Origin: Geosiphon pyriformis uo1
Taxonomy: Eukaryota > Fungi > Glomeromycota
DNA: 64,000 bases
Direction: 5' to 3'
Assembly (NCBI GenBank): GCA_016748015.1
Contig: JAAOMT010000326.1
Coordinates: 38,483-102,482 of the forward strand
Position numbers and translations under genes: made by a program. Every line of letters begins with the position of its first letter. The stretch's first letter is position 1. Of the stretch, positions 28,501 to 41,314 are shown piece by piece. The notes under the pieces were generated by a model, which was not told the origin of the DNA, made no database searches, and saw only the letters and a program-made list of their open reading frames with translations.

Positions 28501-31319
28501 ATTGTCTCTAATATATGTATTCATAGGAGATAGTTTTTTTTCACAATCAACACATATTAGTCTTAGAGATTGGTAAAATAGGTTTTTTTGGTCTGAGATT
28601 ATGTATCCTAATGATGACAATTGGGGTTTTTCTTTGGCTCTGCCTTTTTTTTTTCTTCTTAGGTTGGTGGTGGGGGTAGTTCAGTTCAATAATCATCTGC
28701 TCATGAAACTTAATAGATCTTGATGGTCAGTGGTAGTGATATGTCTTTAAATTCAATAAAGAGTTCCTTAGTATGTTGGGTTTTAAAGTGGCTGCACATA
28801 GCTGGGACTCAAACATGTTGTCTATTGAAAATGAGTTGAAGTTTTTGGGTGTTCCAGTCGAGAGTACCATTGGCTTTTGACAACCAATCATTTTCTATTA
28901 GAGCTTGATATTGAGTAGTTTCCATGACAAATACTTTGGTAGAGATCTGGATTCTATTAATTTCAAAGAGAAAGTTGTCAATTTTTCCTATTGGGGTTTT
29001 TGTGTTTCCATTAGCTGTAATAATCCAGGCAATAGCAGCACAGTTTACTTGGCAACCTAGTTGGTCTATGAGCTGTTTCGTAATTATGCTACTGGCTAAT
29101 CTGCTATCTAGGATTAATTTAATGTTTATTTCTCCGACTCTGGCATTGGTATATAGGGCCATTATTGGTTTATCCTGATTGATGACTGCTTTACTAAAAA
29201 GGCTATAGGTGTTTAAATTATTGATATTAAAAAGAAATATGATGGCTAGGGTAGTGTCCTCAGTAATAGTGGCTGGTAGAATATTGCTTTTTGTTTGCTT
29301 GGAAGGTTTGGAGGTTTGTTTTACATCCCTCTTTTCTATAGGTGTAGATTTATCAAAACTCTGGTCTTCTATAAGACTGAGATAGAAAGCTTGATTCAAG
29401 TATCCAGTTGGTGCTGGTCGAAATTGGGCAGGACTGTGAGGGATTAGTTGAGATAATCCACTGTTGGTTTGTGCCTAATTGTTGTTGAAATTCTTTCATC
29501 CCTAATTATAGTCTATAGCTTGAGGTCTGGGCTGGCTGTAAGGGAAAGTTTGATAATGAGAGATTGTTTGTGTTATTGGTAATAGTTAATAATAACTCTG
29601 GAACAGTGATTGAGTGTACAAGACTTGTTGTGTATACTGGGGCAGTTGATTTTGAAGTATAGAATATTGGGATACCATGTTTTGCTAATATTTTGGTTGC
29701 TAGTATTGGTTTTCTTGATTTTGGTTTATTATCTTCTTTCTACAGTCCTGGACAATATGTCCAAATTTTTAGCAGTAGTAACAGTTATGAGGATCAGATC
29801 TCTAAGGTTGTTGCTGTTGCTGATAGTTCTGTTGCTAGGGATATCTGCTGTTGTTGTTATTTTCTCTCTGTTGTGGTGGTTGGTAAGTTTCTGTGGTTCT
29901 GGCTAAGAATCTCTCAATTTTCTGAGTTAGTTTCTTACTTAATTGGGTTATCTTTGTATCAATGTTAAAGGTTCTATTAATGACTAAATTAACGGCTTGG
30001 GTATGATTTGCTTCTTGTTTTGCAAACTCAAAATTGTAAGCAAGAGTAACAGCATCTTGTAAATTGGTTGGATGATGTGGTCTTATGGATCTTAGAATAC
30101 TACTCTGCAATCTTTTAATGAATTAATTAAGAACTTGCATCACAGTATAGTAGTCCCTTTTAATAGCTAATATTTGACAAAAAATTTAATTGAATCATTC
30201 AAGATAAGTAGTTACTGCTTCATGATCTTTTTGTTTAATTATGCTGAATTGATTCTGTAATCAGATTAAAGTATTGGGGTTGCAAAAATATTATAGAAAG
30301 GCAAGCTTAAAAATGTTAAAGTCAGTTGGTTTTTTTGCAATGCTTTGATACTACAAGTCTGCAGTTCCGGTTAGAAAGAATGGCAGCACTTGAATAGCTC
30401 TGTCATCATTTCAGTTATTGGTAGTAATTGTTTTCTCAGCTTTCACAATCCACAAATATGTATTGTCTTCTTTTTCTGAGAATTTTTGTAACTTAGTAAT
30501 ATCTTGGTAAGTCATGATTTAGTTGATAGGTGAGGTGTTACTGGTTATGTTTAAGGGAATTGGTGTCTACATTTTCAAGTGTTCTCCAGGTGCTAATGCT
30601 GGTTGTTTTCTTTTGTCACTTGAACCAATAGGTTGTAAGATAGCTGTTCTTTCTGTTAAGAGAAATGCTAATTCTGCTGGGTTTTGTGCTGGTGGTTGTT
30701 TCTAAGTTGATGTGTTTTTTTCTGTTTGACTGGCTGTTGAAATAAGATTTCCAAACAGTGATTCATATTCTTCTAGTGATTTGGTCCAATTGTGTTGACT
30801 CCAAGAGTGTGAATTTCCAGAAGTTTGTGGTGTTTCTGACTGAATTTCCAGGAGTGGATTGAATACAATTTTATTTTAAAGTGTCTGATAATATGATGGA
30901 ATTGTTGGGGAGAGGAACCTTGGTTTCTTGTTAACTATGGACTTGTCTTGAACAGTTGTGTGATTATTGGATCCATATTCGTATTCCTCCAAATTAGATT
31001 CTACTGGTTGTTGTACTTGAGGAAATCATTTTGTCACATAGTGTTTAATATCTGTATCAACTATGTATAAAGTTTCAGTAATTGCTTGAGTAGTAGTAGT
31101 TTTTAAGTATTTTCGTAAGCTTTAATGGATTTGTTCTCTAAGTCTTTCTGAATTAGTTGTGTGGCCTAATAAACAGTTGATTTTTGCATTGATATAATTA
31201 CAAAAATCACTTTCTGTGATAGTGGTTTCTGCTGGTATTCTTAAATCTTTTCAAAAGTATTGAAATAATGTTTTTTCATATAAGGAGTGGTCTTTTCTTA
31301 TTGTTCTAATAGTCGCCAC
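25534..31319 (-). pseudogene. B1 ORF1: gag-PR-Cys-rich-dUTPase-RT-RNase H
   Basis: CYYC.KFGHIVQDC knuckle ~29745-29785; LILDSRLASSII (ORF 28809-29399); dUTPase TGFDL...IIQAIF (ORF 27406-27942); RT IYLDNTNMF ~26310-26340. Confidence 0.9.
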
Positions 31320-31380
31320 TTTTGTGTATCTCTGAAGTGCTCTGTCTCTGTGGATTTATAATCTTACAGGGAGTACCAAA

Positions 31381-32299
31381 TATTACAGGTAAACTTGTTA
31401 GGATATAGTAATAACATTTGGTGTTCTACTTTTAGGTTATTTTTTAAGACTGTCTGTTCTTTTCAAAGTGTTAGTATTATCAGTCTCTGAAGGTCTATTC
31501 CTGGATGTAAATTTACCTATTGAGTTCTTTGGTTATAAGGCACAGAGTTTGTTTTTTGTTGATTACAACGTTTTCCATAAATATGAGCTTTCTTCTCTGT
31601 GCTAATGCACACAGTTATTAAGATCTGGTGTTGTCTTTTTGCCCTTCTAGTAAGCTACCAAGATAATATTAATATCTAAAACTTAGAAGAAGCTTCTCTC
31701 TTTTACCAGGCTATCATGAAGTCTATTCTAAGACAGTTGATTTTTCTATGTTGCCACTCCAAACAAAAAAAGAATAATAAAAAAAGAATAATAAAAAATA
31801 ATAAAAAAATAAAAGAATTAGTTCTTGTTAATTGCCATGATCAAGAGCAATTGGTTCAAATCATTAAAGATTCAAGACATTTATGCTAATGGCATCTGTT
31901 TCAGAACAAAATAAGAAATACTGATTTCAATTTCAATTAAAATCTGTAAGATTGAAGAACATAAATTGGTAAATTAAATTTTGTGGTTTTTTTGATAATT
32001 TTTATATTTCGAACTATAAATATATAATAAATAGGATACAAAGTAAAAATTAATTACTAACTAACTGTTTTTTTTAACTTTTATACCTACTTGCTTTTAT
32101 ATATTCTTTTGGTTTTATAGAATTGTTTTCAATTGCTTCACTATTGCTAGCTATTGTTTTGTTATTGCTAGCTATTGTTCATTATTGCTAGCTATTGTTC
32201 ACATTTGTTTTATGTTATTTTGAGTTGTACTACATTTTTTTTGTCACGTTTCTTTGTTATGTTTTTCCATAGCTTTTTGGTTTTTCTATTCAGATAACA
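31381..32299 (-). repeat. 5' LTR of B1
   Basis: Adjacent to the PBS; matches 22426-23325. Confidence 0.95.
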
Positions 32300-32405
32300 G
32301 TATTAATCGAAATAATAATAATATATGCTATTTAATAATAAGAATTATAAAGATAATTTCATGCTATTTAATAGCTAAAATTCTATTGGTAACATAATTT
32401 CCTTC

Positions 32406-34621
32406 TTAAGACTGAACTTCATCAAAATCCAAGCACTATTTGTTATATTAAGATAGTGGTTCAAGATAATTAAAATGATCTGGTTTGAAAATTGTTGAAA
32501 TTTCAGTTCTGTGAGCTTTCCAATGTATTGAATTTTTATTGAATAAAATATTGAATTTTGTAGGACGTTTTCACAAGTGCTGAATAACTCATAAAGTTTA
32601 ACTGCTGCTCTAAGTTTGTAGCAAGTATTTGTTGATCTAGCTGTTATTTTGAATTCATTGTAAATTTGTTTTTATATAGTCTTAAGAGTAATGTTGGTTG
32701 TTTTAAGTTTCAGTTTTCATTTATAAAGTGTTTTTCTAATATAGAAATATCTATATATAAAAGTATGTTTATTGTTCTGTTTATTGAGAAATAGTAGAAG
32801 TTTTTGTGAACTATGGCATTTGGTAAAATGTCAATAGGAACATATAAAAGGTTTTTTTTTAGTGCTTGCTTCAAAAGTTTTGGTAATTGAATTCCAGAAT
32901 AACCTCTTGTTTTTCTTTTATAGAAGTGATAATTCTGAGAATTATTTACTATTGGGGCTGTAGTTTTTTTCTAAATGTAATTAATTTGACTTCTATTAAT
33001 CATTATAGATATGTCAAGAAGTGTTTTCAAAGTTAACATTAATTTTTGGAATATTTGTTAGATATTTCGAAAAATAATTATGATAAAAATGACTAATTAA
33101 ATTTGAAAAAAAAAATAAAGAAAATTATTTTTGGGTAGAGTTTTTATTTGTTTTTGAGTTTGAGTGTTTCTTATAATTATTTACTATTTTTTTGTTTTGT
33201 GTGTTATTAAAAAAATTATTGTAAAAATATGTTAAACTAAGTATTCTAGTTTGGTTGTTGTTTTATTATAATTATTGGTTCTAAATTTTGGGAAATATCT
33301 TCCAGATTAATTAAAGGGGAATGTATGCCAATTTGTGGAATTAATGGTTTAGAATTGTTTCTGAAATAATAGTGTTTCAATTTATTTCTATGTGCAACTT
33401 TTGCCAATACTTTGTTATCAAGTCTTAACTTGTATAATCTATTGTCTAAAATTTCGTGAATATAAAATGGTCCATCTTATTTATGTTCAAATTTTCCACT
33501 CCATTGTTTTTCAGTCTTAGTTCTGTATAAGAGAACTTTATTTTCAACTTTAAATTTGTTGGTAACTGGTAGCAGTTTGTTGTTATGTCTTTCTTTTTAT
33601 AAGGCTTAAGAATATTCAATATAAGTGGCTGCTATGTGTCTCTTTCTTTTCAATGTACTAAAAAGAGTGTAAGCTCTTCTTTGAAGTGTTTCTTGAAAAA
33701 TTTTTTTATTAATTGGTTGTACTAGATATATTTCTACTATGAAATTAATTGGCAATATTGCCATCTTTCTATAAGTAAGATCAAATAGTGTGTGTTTTGT
33801 AGTATCTTTTTTTAGTGTTCTGTATGCTAGTAACACTAATGGAATAAAAATATCTCATTCCTGCTCAAAATCTGTTGAAATTTTGGCTAATAATTCACAC
33901 AATGTTCTGTTAAAACGTTCTACAAGTTCATTTGTTTAGGGTGATAAGATGATAATAAGAGTTTTTTAATATTGAATTGTTCACAAATTTTTTGTATCAA
34001 GTTGTTCACAAAATGTGTTTCTTAATTAAATAAAAGTTTAATTGGGCATCCATGTCTACAAATAATGTTTTCATAGATAAAATTTGCTACTGATTTTGCA
34101 TCAGCTCTTTGAATGGCTTTAGCTTCAGACTATTTGGTGAGATAATTTATTGTCACTACAATATAACAATTTTCTTGAGTTGTAATAGGTAATAATTCGA
34201 CTAAATCAATTCTAACTCTGTCAAAAAGTTGTTTAACTTTGATTGGATTTAAAAGTTCTGTGAGACAAGTTTCTTTTCTTCTTTGACAACTATTACAAAA
34301 TTCTATATATTGTCTAATGTCTTTTTGCATGTGAGACCAAAAGTAATATTTAAGAGTTCTTTGAATTGTTCTATCTCTTCCTAAGTGTGCTGAAAAAAGA
34401 TCTGTGTGCATGTTGTATAGAATTGTTTTTTTTTTATTTTCCTGTACTAATCTGAGTAATTGGTTTGGATTTCTACAGTTTTTGTAATAAATTTTGTTGT
34501 GGTATATAAAATATTGTTTAGATTGGTGTTGTAATTAATGTTTTTCACTTGGAAACCAATTTTCTGGTATGGTAAGAGTCTTCAAATAGTTTTTAAGATT
34601 GTTGTAATTTCTGAGATCTAT
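32406..34621 (-). pseudogene. C1 ORF2: integrase plus C-terminal extension
   Basis: ORF 34130-34411 carries HHCC (MHTDLFSAHLG...CNSC) and RIDLV; DGPFY; ends DFDEVQS*. Confidence 0.9.
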
Positions 34622-34676
34622 TGTTGTTTTGTTGTTTTGTTGGTAGTAATAAGTTGTGGTGGAATTGTAAGTGGTG

Positions 34677-37600
34677 TTAATTTTGTCTTATTCTTGAGAG
34701 ACTATTAACATTGGTGTGTAGTTTTCTTGATTTGTGGTGTACAATATATTTGTAGTCTGCTAGGAAATCATTTCATCGAGACTATTTGGCACTTTGTTTA
34801 GTTTTCTTTTTATTGAGCCATTTGAGGCCAATATTGTCAATTATGATGTCAAATTTTTTTCCATTCCTCAAGTATTGTTGAAAATGTTTAAGAGCCCAAA
34901 TAATTGTGGCAGCTTCTAATTCAGTTGAGCCATATTTGAGTTCTGTTGATTTGAGTATTCTACTAGCATAGACAATGATTTATTCCTGGCCATTTTTATT
35001 CAATTGTGATAAGATAACACCAAATGCTATGTGTGAAGCATTAGTGGCTAGTTGAAATTGTTTGTTGAAGTTTGGATAAGCAAGAACTGGAACTGTTGTT
35101 AATTTTGTCTTGAGAGTTTCAAAAGCTTTTTGTTGTTCCTTAGTTCATTGGTATGACACGTTTTTGTTAGTAAGATAATTGAGTGGTTTGGCAATTTCTG
35201 AGAATCCTTTTATGAATTTTCAATTGTAAGAGGCTAATTCTACAAATTTTCATAATTCTGTGGTATTTTTGGAAGTTTGAAAGTTTTTGACAGCACTGAT
35301 TGTTTCAGAGTTTGGTTTGACTCCATCTTTGCTAACAATATGTCCAAGAAAATTTAGGCTTGTCTTTCTAAAGTGATATTTCTTGATGTTTAACTTCAAT
35401 TTTGCTTTCCATAATTGTTGAAAAACTTCTTGCAGGTGGATAAAATGAGCTCTAAAGCTTGGGAAGTATACATTAGTGTCATTAAGATAGACAACTACTG
35501 ATTGCTACAAGAGTCTTTTATATATAATATTTATGAATCATTGGAATGTTGCTGGTGTATTGTAGAATTCAAAAGACATAATATTGAACTCATAGTTTCC
35601 TATTTGGGTAGTAAATGCTGTTTTGGGTCTATTTTGACTTGTCAGTATCCACTTTCCAAGTCTAAAGTTGAAAAAAACTCGGCTTTTTCTAAAGCATCTA
35701 ACATGTCATCAATTTTTGGAAAAAGATAGGCATCTCCAATTGTGACACTATTCAATTGTCAGTAGTCAACACAAAATCTGATTTTTCTATTTTTCTTTTT
35801 GACAAAAACTACTGATGAGGCCTATGGACTTTTTGATAGTTGAATCAATCTGTTATTGAGCATTCTCTGAACTTCTTCCCTAATAAATTGGTGGCTGGCA
35901 GGTGGTATTTGATAAGCTTGTTGTTGTTTTGGTGGAGCATCTTTTATATGAATTTAGTGTTAAACAATATCAGTTTTTCTAAGATCATTGTTGTCTTTTG
36001 CAAATATCTCTACAAATTCAGCTATTAGCTGTTTCAATTGTCTTTGTTGTTAAGGTTATAAGGGATTCATGTTGATTCAAGAAAGTTTTTCTTCCAAAAG
36101 GTAGTAATTCTCAGTAGTAGGAATAATATTAGGGTTAAGAAATAGGATATGTCTTATAATTTCGATGAAATTAGAAACAATTTGAGAGTTTTCATCTTAG
36201 AAAATATTACTGTGTATAATTCCAATCTCTAATTTATTCAATAAGACAATAAAATAATTATTTAAATTGTAAAATATAACTCAAAATTTTTTCATTCCTT
36301 TGGGAATATAAACATTTGGGATTGAGATTTCATGTTTTAACAGATTTGTTCATTGGATTTAAAGATTTGTTGAGTAGTGATAAATTTTGAGCAAGTGTAA
36401 ATTTCATGATGTTCACCAAAAGATGAAATAGTAATTGGTTGAGGAAGTTGAAGAATCTGGTAAGATTCATTTTGTATTTTAAGAACTATGTTTACTAGAA
36501 CTGTAAATTGTTTAGTTAAACCAAAACTTTGCATTCCTCTTTTACTTTTTCTCAATTGTTCTCTGTTGTTAACTGATTGTAAACTCGAAATGTTGATTAA
36601 GGGTAAGTAAATTGCTTGGGCAATTTTTTCTGCATGCTCAATTTTGAATGTTTTTTCAGTTTTATTTTGTAGTATGATAGTAATGTCTCTAGTATATTCT
36701 GTATCTATAACTTCTTCTCTAATATTGATTTCTTTGCTTGCCAATGATGATCTGGATGCAATTTGAACCATTGCTCTAGATGGAATTTCAAGAACAATTT
36801 TGAAATTAATTTTTGTTAAGAACTTTGGTTGGAGAACCAAAGTATCTTTTCTTGAATATCTTAGATCATATCCAGTATTAATCTTGTGTGCTTTTTTTGG
36901 TCTGATTCCTTGGCCATAATTGTCAAAATATTTAAGTTGTAGAGGTAATTGATTTTCAAAAAGATAGATGGGAGTAATTGGTAGTTTTTCTACCAGTTCA
37001 GATACTTCAAATTCAATTTCATTTTCATTATTCTCATCTGGCAAGGGAATGCTAAGAGCATAGCATTTTAAACACTATTGGTTATCATAAGGCATAACAC
37101 ATTCTTCATATAATTGAATGTTTATTTGCTCTAATCATTGAATTTGAGCTTCTTTTGTTAAGTATATATAACTTACAATTTGGTAGTAGGTTTCTACTTC
37201 ATCTTTATAATCAAATCCAGCTAATTCTATAGTATACTCAATGTATTCAGCTTTTTTTATTTGGCAAACATCTTCTTGGGTGGCTCTATTAATTAATGTT
37301 ATTGCTAAGTCAAAAATCATTTCAGTATTATGAGAATAGTGATACAGTTTGTTGAGAACACTGTTGTATGCTGCATTGAATAGGGTTTTTCTTTTCACTT
37401 TTTCCAAAATTGATAAGACATATTGACAGGTTTGATCACATACTTCTCCTCTTATTGCAACATCAATCCAGTTGCATTCTTCAAGTAATATATCTCTATA
37501 TATAAGACAAGGTGTGTTGTCCCATTTTCCACTTCTTTTTGGGAATCCAAATTGTTTTTTATGGCATGCTTTGCAGAAATAGCAGGTGCAAGTTTCATAC

Positions 37601-40298
37601 TTCTTTTCTAGGGAAATACAGGCTCCCATAGATGAAAGCTTCTTTTTGCAATCTTTGTATTTTAGTAGAATGTATAGTGGTTATTTTCATGGTTCTGATG
37701 TGAAATATTGAATCTTCTTTCATTTTCTTGTTTTTTCAAAAATTTTTTGTTCTGTTTCCTCAGCCCAATTAGATGTTGATCCAAGAGCCATGTAGATTTC
37801 AGTGAGTAGCATTTTTTTCTTCTCCTCAAATTCGAATACTAGGGCTTTTTCTGATCATTTGTTGAAAATATCACAAGTAGCAAGTACTATAATGTATTGT
37901 CTTTGGTATGAGATTTTTAGTTTTTGAGTTTTCCAGTCTAAGTTTGCATTGGCCTTAAGAAGCCAATCATTTCCAACAAGAGCTTAGTATTGGAGTGCAT
38001 CCATAACTAGAACTTTGACTGGAATAATAATTTCATCAATGGTAAATAAGAAGTTGTTAATTTCTCTTACTAGTGTCTTTTTCATACCATCTGCTGTAAC
38101 AATTACTGTTTGGACTGGTCTGTTAACATTTTGATTGAGTTGTTGTATTAATTGGTAGGTGATGATACTTCCAGTAGATCTACTGTCTAAAATTAATTGA
38201 ATGGGCTTTTTTTCTATTGTAGCTTTAATGTACATGGCAGTAATAGCTTTTTGCTCATTAACTGCTGTATTGCTAAGCAAGAATAGTGATTTATTTGCTT
38301 CAAATTCGAATGAGAATATATCTGACAGATTGGCATTTTGGGTAATTTGGGCTGGTGGAATAATATTGTTAGAAGGATTTGATCTTGGTGCTGCAACTTC
38401 ACCTTCAGAAAGTACAGTTTGTTGAAAATCCGAATTTTCTTGTATAATTAAATAACTGGGTTGAGTGTAAAACTGAGTGGATCTTTGTTGAACAGAATTT
38501 TGAAGAACTAGTTAATTATTGGGGTTAAATCTGTTGTGGTTTGTTAAAAAACGGTTTTGTGGTGTGAATTGATTTTGTTGGACCAATCTTCTGGCTGGTA
38601 CTTGATATTATTGAGTGAATGATATTTAATATTGCTGAATTGGTAAAGATTGCTAATATTGTTGCTGCATTAGTTGTGAAACTGGTTAATAGTAATTGTT
38701 TTGATTTTGTGGTCTTAGTAAGTAATAAGTTGGTGGTAGGGATTGGTAATAAAATTGTTGTGGTGAAGAGTAATGCTAATTACTCCTATTTTGTTGGTCT
38801 TTTTGTAATTTCTTGCAATCTTGTTTCTAGTGTTCTGAGATTCTAGAATAATAACAATTTTGAAGTTGGTTGTTGAATGGTGATCCAAAATTGTTTTGGT
38901 TGTATTGTTATAGTGGTTAATATCTTTGTAGTTGTTGCTGCTGTTGTTGTTGGTTTGTAAAGTAGTTTTCAATCTTTTTTGTGAGTTGGTCTATTTTTTC
39001 TTTAGCTGTTGAGCTGGTTTTTCCAATAGCTAGGTTGACAAGTTTGGTATGGTTTGCTTTTTCTATTGCCATTTCATAGTTCTTTGCATGTCTAATGACA
39101 GTAGTTAGGTCTTCTGGAGCATGTGGACAAACTTTTTTAATGAGTTTGTTTTTTAATCCTGCTATAAACTAATCTAGCATCTGGGCATCGGAATAGTAGT
39201 CATTGGTTTCTAATTGTTGAATTTGTCTAAGAAGTTTATTGAATTTTTCAAGATAGGTTATGACAGTTTCAGATGTTTTTTGTTTGATATTGTGAAAGTA
39301 ATTGTGGAGAGTAATAGAGATGTTGTTGTTAGTGAATTGTTGTAAGAAAGCATTTTTGAATACTTGCCAGTTTCCAAATAATTCTTTTAAGTTTTCAAAC
39401 TATTCTCCTGTGGTTCCTTGGAGAAAGTATAAGATTGCTTTGAGCATTTTTGCTGCATTCCAACTATTTGTATTTCCTGCTTTTTGAATTTTGTCAAGCC
39501 ATTCTTGAGGACTGGTATCATTGTCTTTACCAGTGAATTCTGGAATCTTTGCAATATAAGCAGCTGCTATTTCTTTTTTATTTTCTGTGGTTTCTTCTGG
39601 TTTTGATTCAGTTTTGATTCAGTTTCTTTACTTTCCAAGTTTTCTGAATTATTACTTTTATTTTCTTGTAAGTAATTAATAATATTGGTGCTTATTGATA
39701 TGAGTTTCTGCTATTGAGTAAGATTTCTAAGTGACTGAAAATCTTTTGGTCTGAAAAAACAGTTAAGTGGTGAATTTGGTGTTTGTGATTGAGCAAGTGA
39801 AATTAGAAATGGTGTAATAGAAAGTAGTAATTTGACACTGGTTCTTTGTTCAAGTGTTTACAAGTATTTGGCAATTGTCTTTGGTAGTATTGGAGTGTTT
39901 GGAGTGGTTTTTGAGTATTGGTTTACTTTTTGTTTGTCTTTGTTGCTTGTTTCAGTTTTTAATTTAAAGTCAAGGAAGTATTTAGACTGTACTAAATATG
40001 TTTCTTCACAATACTTGATAATATTAAAATTAAGTTTTTGGAAGTAAATGACAAGTGTTTCACTATTAAGGTCTTTAGTTCTCAACTGTAAATAGTGCAC
40101 TAAATTATTGTAAAGGTTGCTTCTAACTTCTGAAATGTTGTAATCTCCAAGAAGATAATTGTTGATACAGTTTTCAATGTATTAGTAAAGTGTCTTTTTA
40201 ACAATTTCAATTCCATCTGGGATGTTAAATTTCTGCTTGCAATGGGTGTAAATTGACTGATAATACTCTAGAGTTGTTGTGTCTGGTGTGGTTGCTAC
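34677..40298 (-). pseudogene. C1 ORF1: gag-PR-Cys-rich-dUTPase-RT-RNase H
   Basis: LILDSRSTGSII (37984-38280); Cys-rich ORF 37135-37629; dUTPase TGYDL/ASRSSL/IAQAI (36337-37044); RT VYLNDTNV ~35470-35495. Confidence 0.9.
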
Positions 40299-40343
40299 TT
40301 TGAAGTTGTTATTACTGTATTATTTCTATAGAAGAGTATCAAA

Positions 40344-41314
40344 TGTTACCGAAGGTTTTTGGTCTCTTTTTTTGAATGCTGTTAATGTTGATTTGCTGTG
40401 AATTCACGTTTTTAAGAAGTAGTTGGATCTCCAGTAACTGAATTTATCTTCAAATTATCTCCTATAATTTGAATTGCTGAGCTTATAAGTGAAATGGCCA
40501 ATTTTGTGCCAGTTACTTTGTGTAATTATGTTGTAGTAAATGTCAACTCTTTTCCAGAAATTGCTTATCTGAAAGCTCATTAAAAATGTGTAGTTACTTT
40601 GCTGTGAAAGTCAACTCTTCTACAAAAATCTTATTTATAGGTTACTTTAATGATTATGATAAGAAAAAAATAAAAAAATAAAAAAAATGTAAAAGAAATA
40701 AAATTCTGTTAAGAGAAACGTTTTCTATTCAGACCTGGAATTACTAACAGTTTATTAAAATTGATAGCTAATCAATTTCGAAATGTTAGTTGGGTTTGAG
40801 AGAATTTTAAGTGTAATAATTTAAGAATTTGGTTTTTGAATATTTAATTTTTATTTGAATGTGTAAAAGATGATTTGTTTTAATTAAGATATCTAAAGTA
40901 ATACACTATGTTAAGATACTATAAAAAGATACATTTTCTTGAAGAGAAAGACTCTTCTTTTATACAACTTGTTGTAGTATTAGTCTTTGAACTTGTACTT
41001 TTCTTTTTGCTATAATTTGGATGAACAAAAGATACATTTCGGCAAACTACAAGTTATTTTACTGAACTATTGATTATTTCGGACAATTTTTATTAATTTC
41101 AGCAAATTTTGACTATGTTAAATAGTTCAGAGTATTGTGTAATTTGATTATCTTAATTTCTATTGTACAAATCGGATTATTGATTAAGTAATAATATTTG
41201 ATAATTTGATTAAATAATAAGTAATAATCAAAATAATAATAATATATGCTAATTAATAATAAAAATTATGAAAGTAATTTCATGCTATTTAATAGCTAAA
41301 TTTTACTGGTAACA
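40344..41314 (-). repeat. 5' LTR of C1
   Basis: Plus strand tgttacc...ggtaaca, 971 bp, next to a decayed PBS (tttgatactcttc). Confidence 0.95.

Larger units (their letters stand above)
22426..32299 (-). mobile_element. Ty3/gypsy-type element B1 (family B), full length, inserted in the C1 3' LTR
   Basis: LTRs 22426-23325 and 31381-32299; TSD gtaa/gtat; PBS tggtactccctgtaagat 31361-31378; PPT 23326-23340. Confidence 0.95.
21545..41314 (-). mobile_element. Ty3/gypsy-type element C1 (family C), nested in A2, containing B1
   Basis: LTR 40344-41314 matches 21545-22425 plus 32304-32394; TSD gtgg/gcgg; removing it restores the A2 CGHFKP codons seen in A3. Confidence 0.95.
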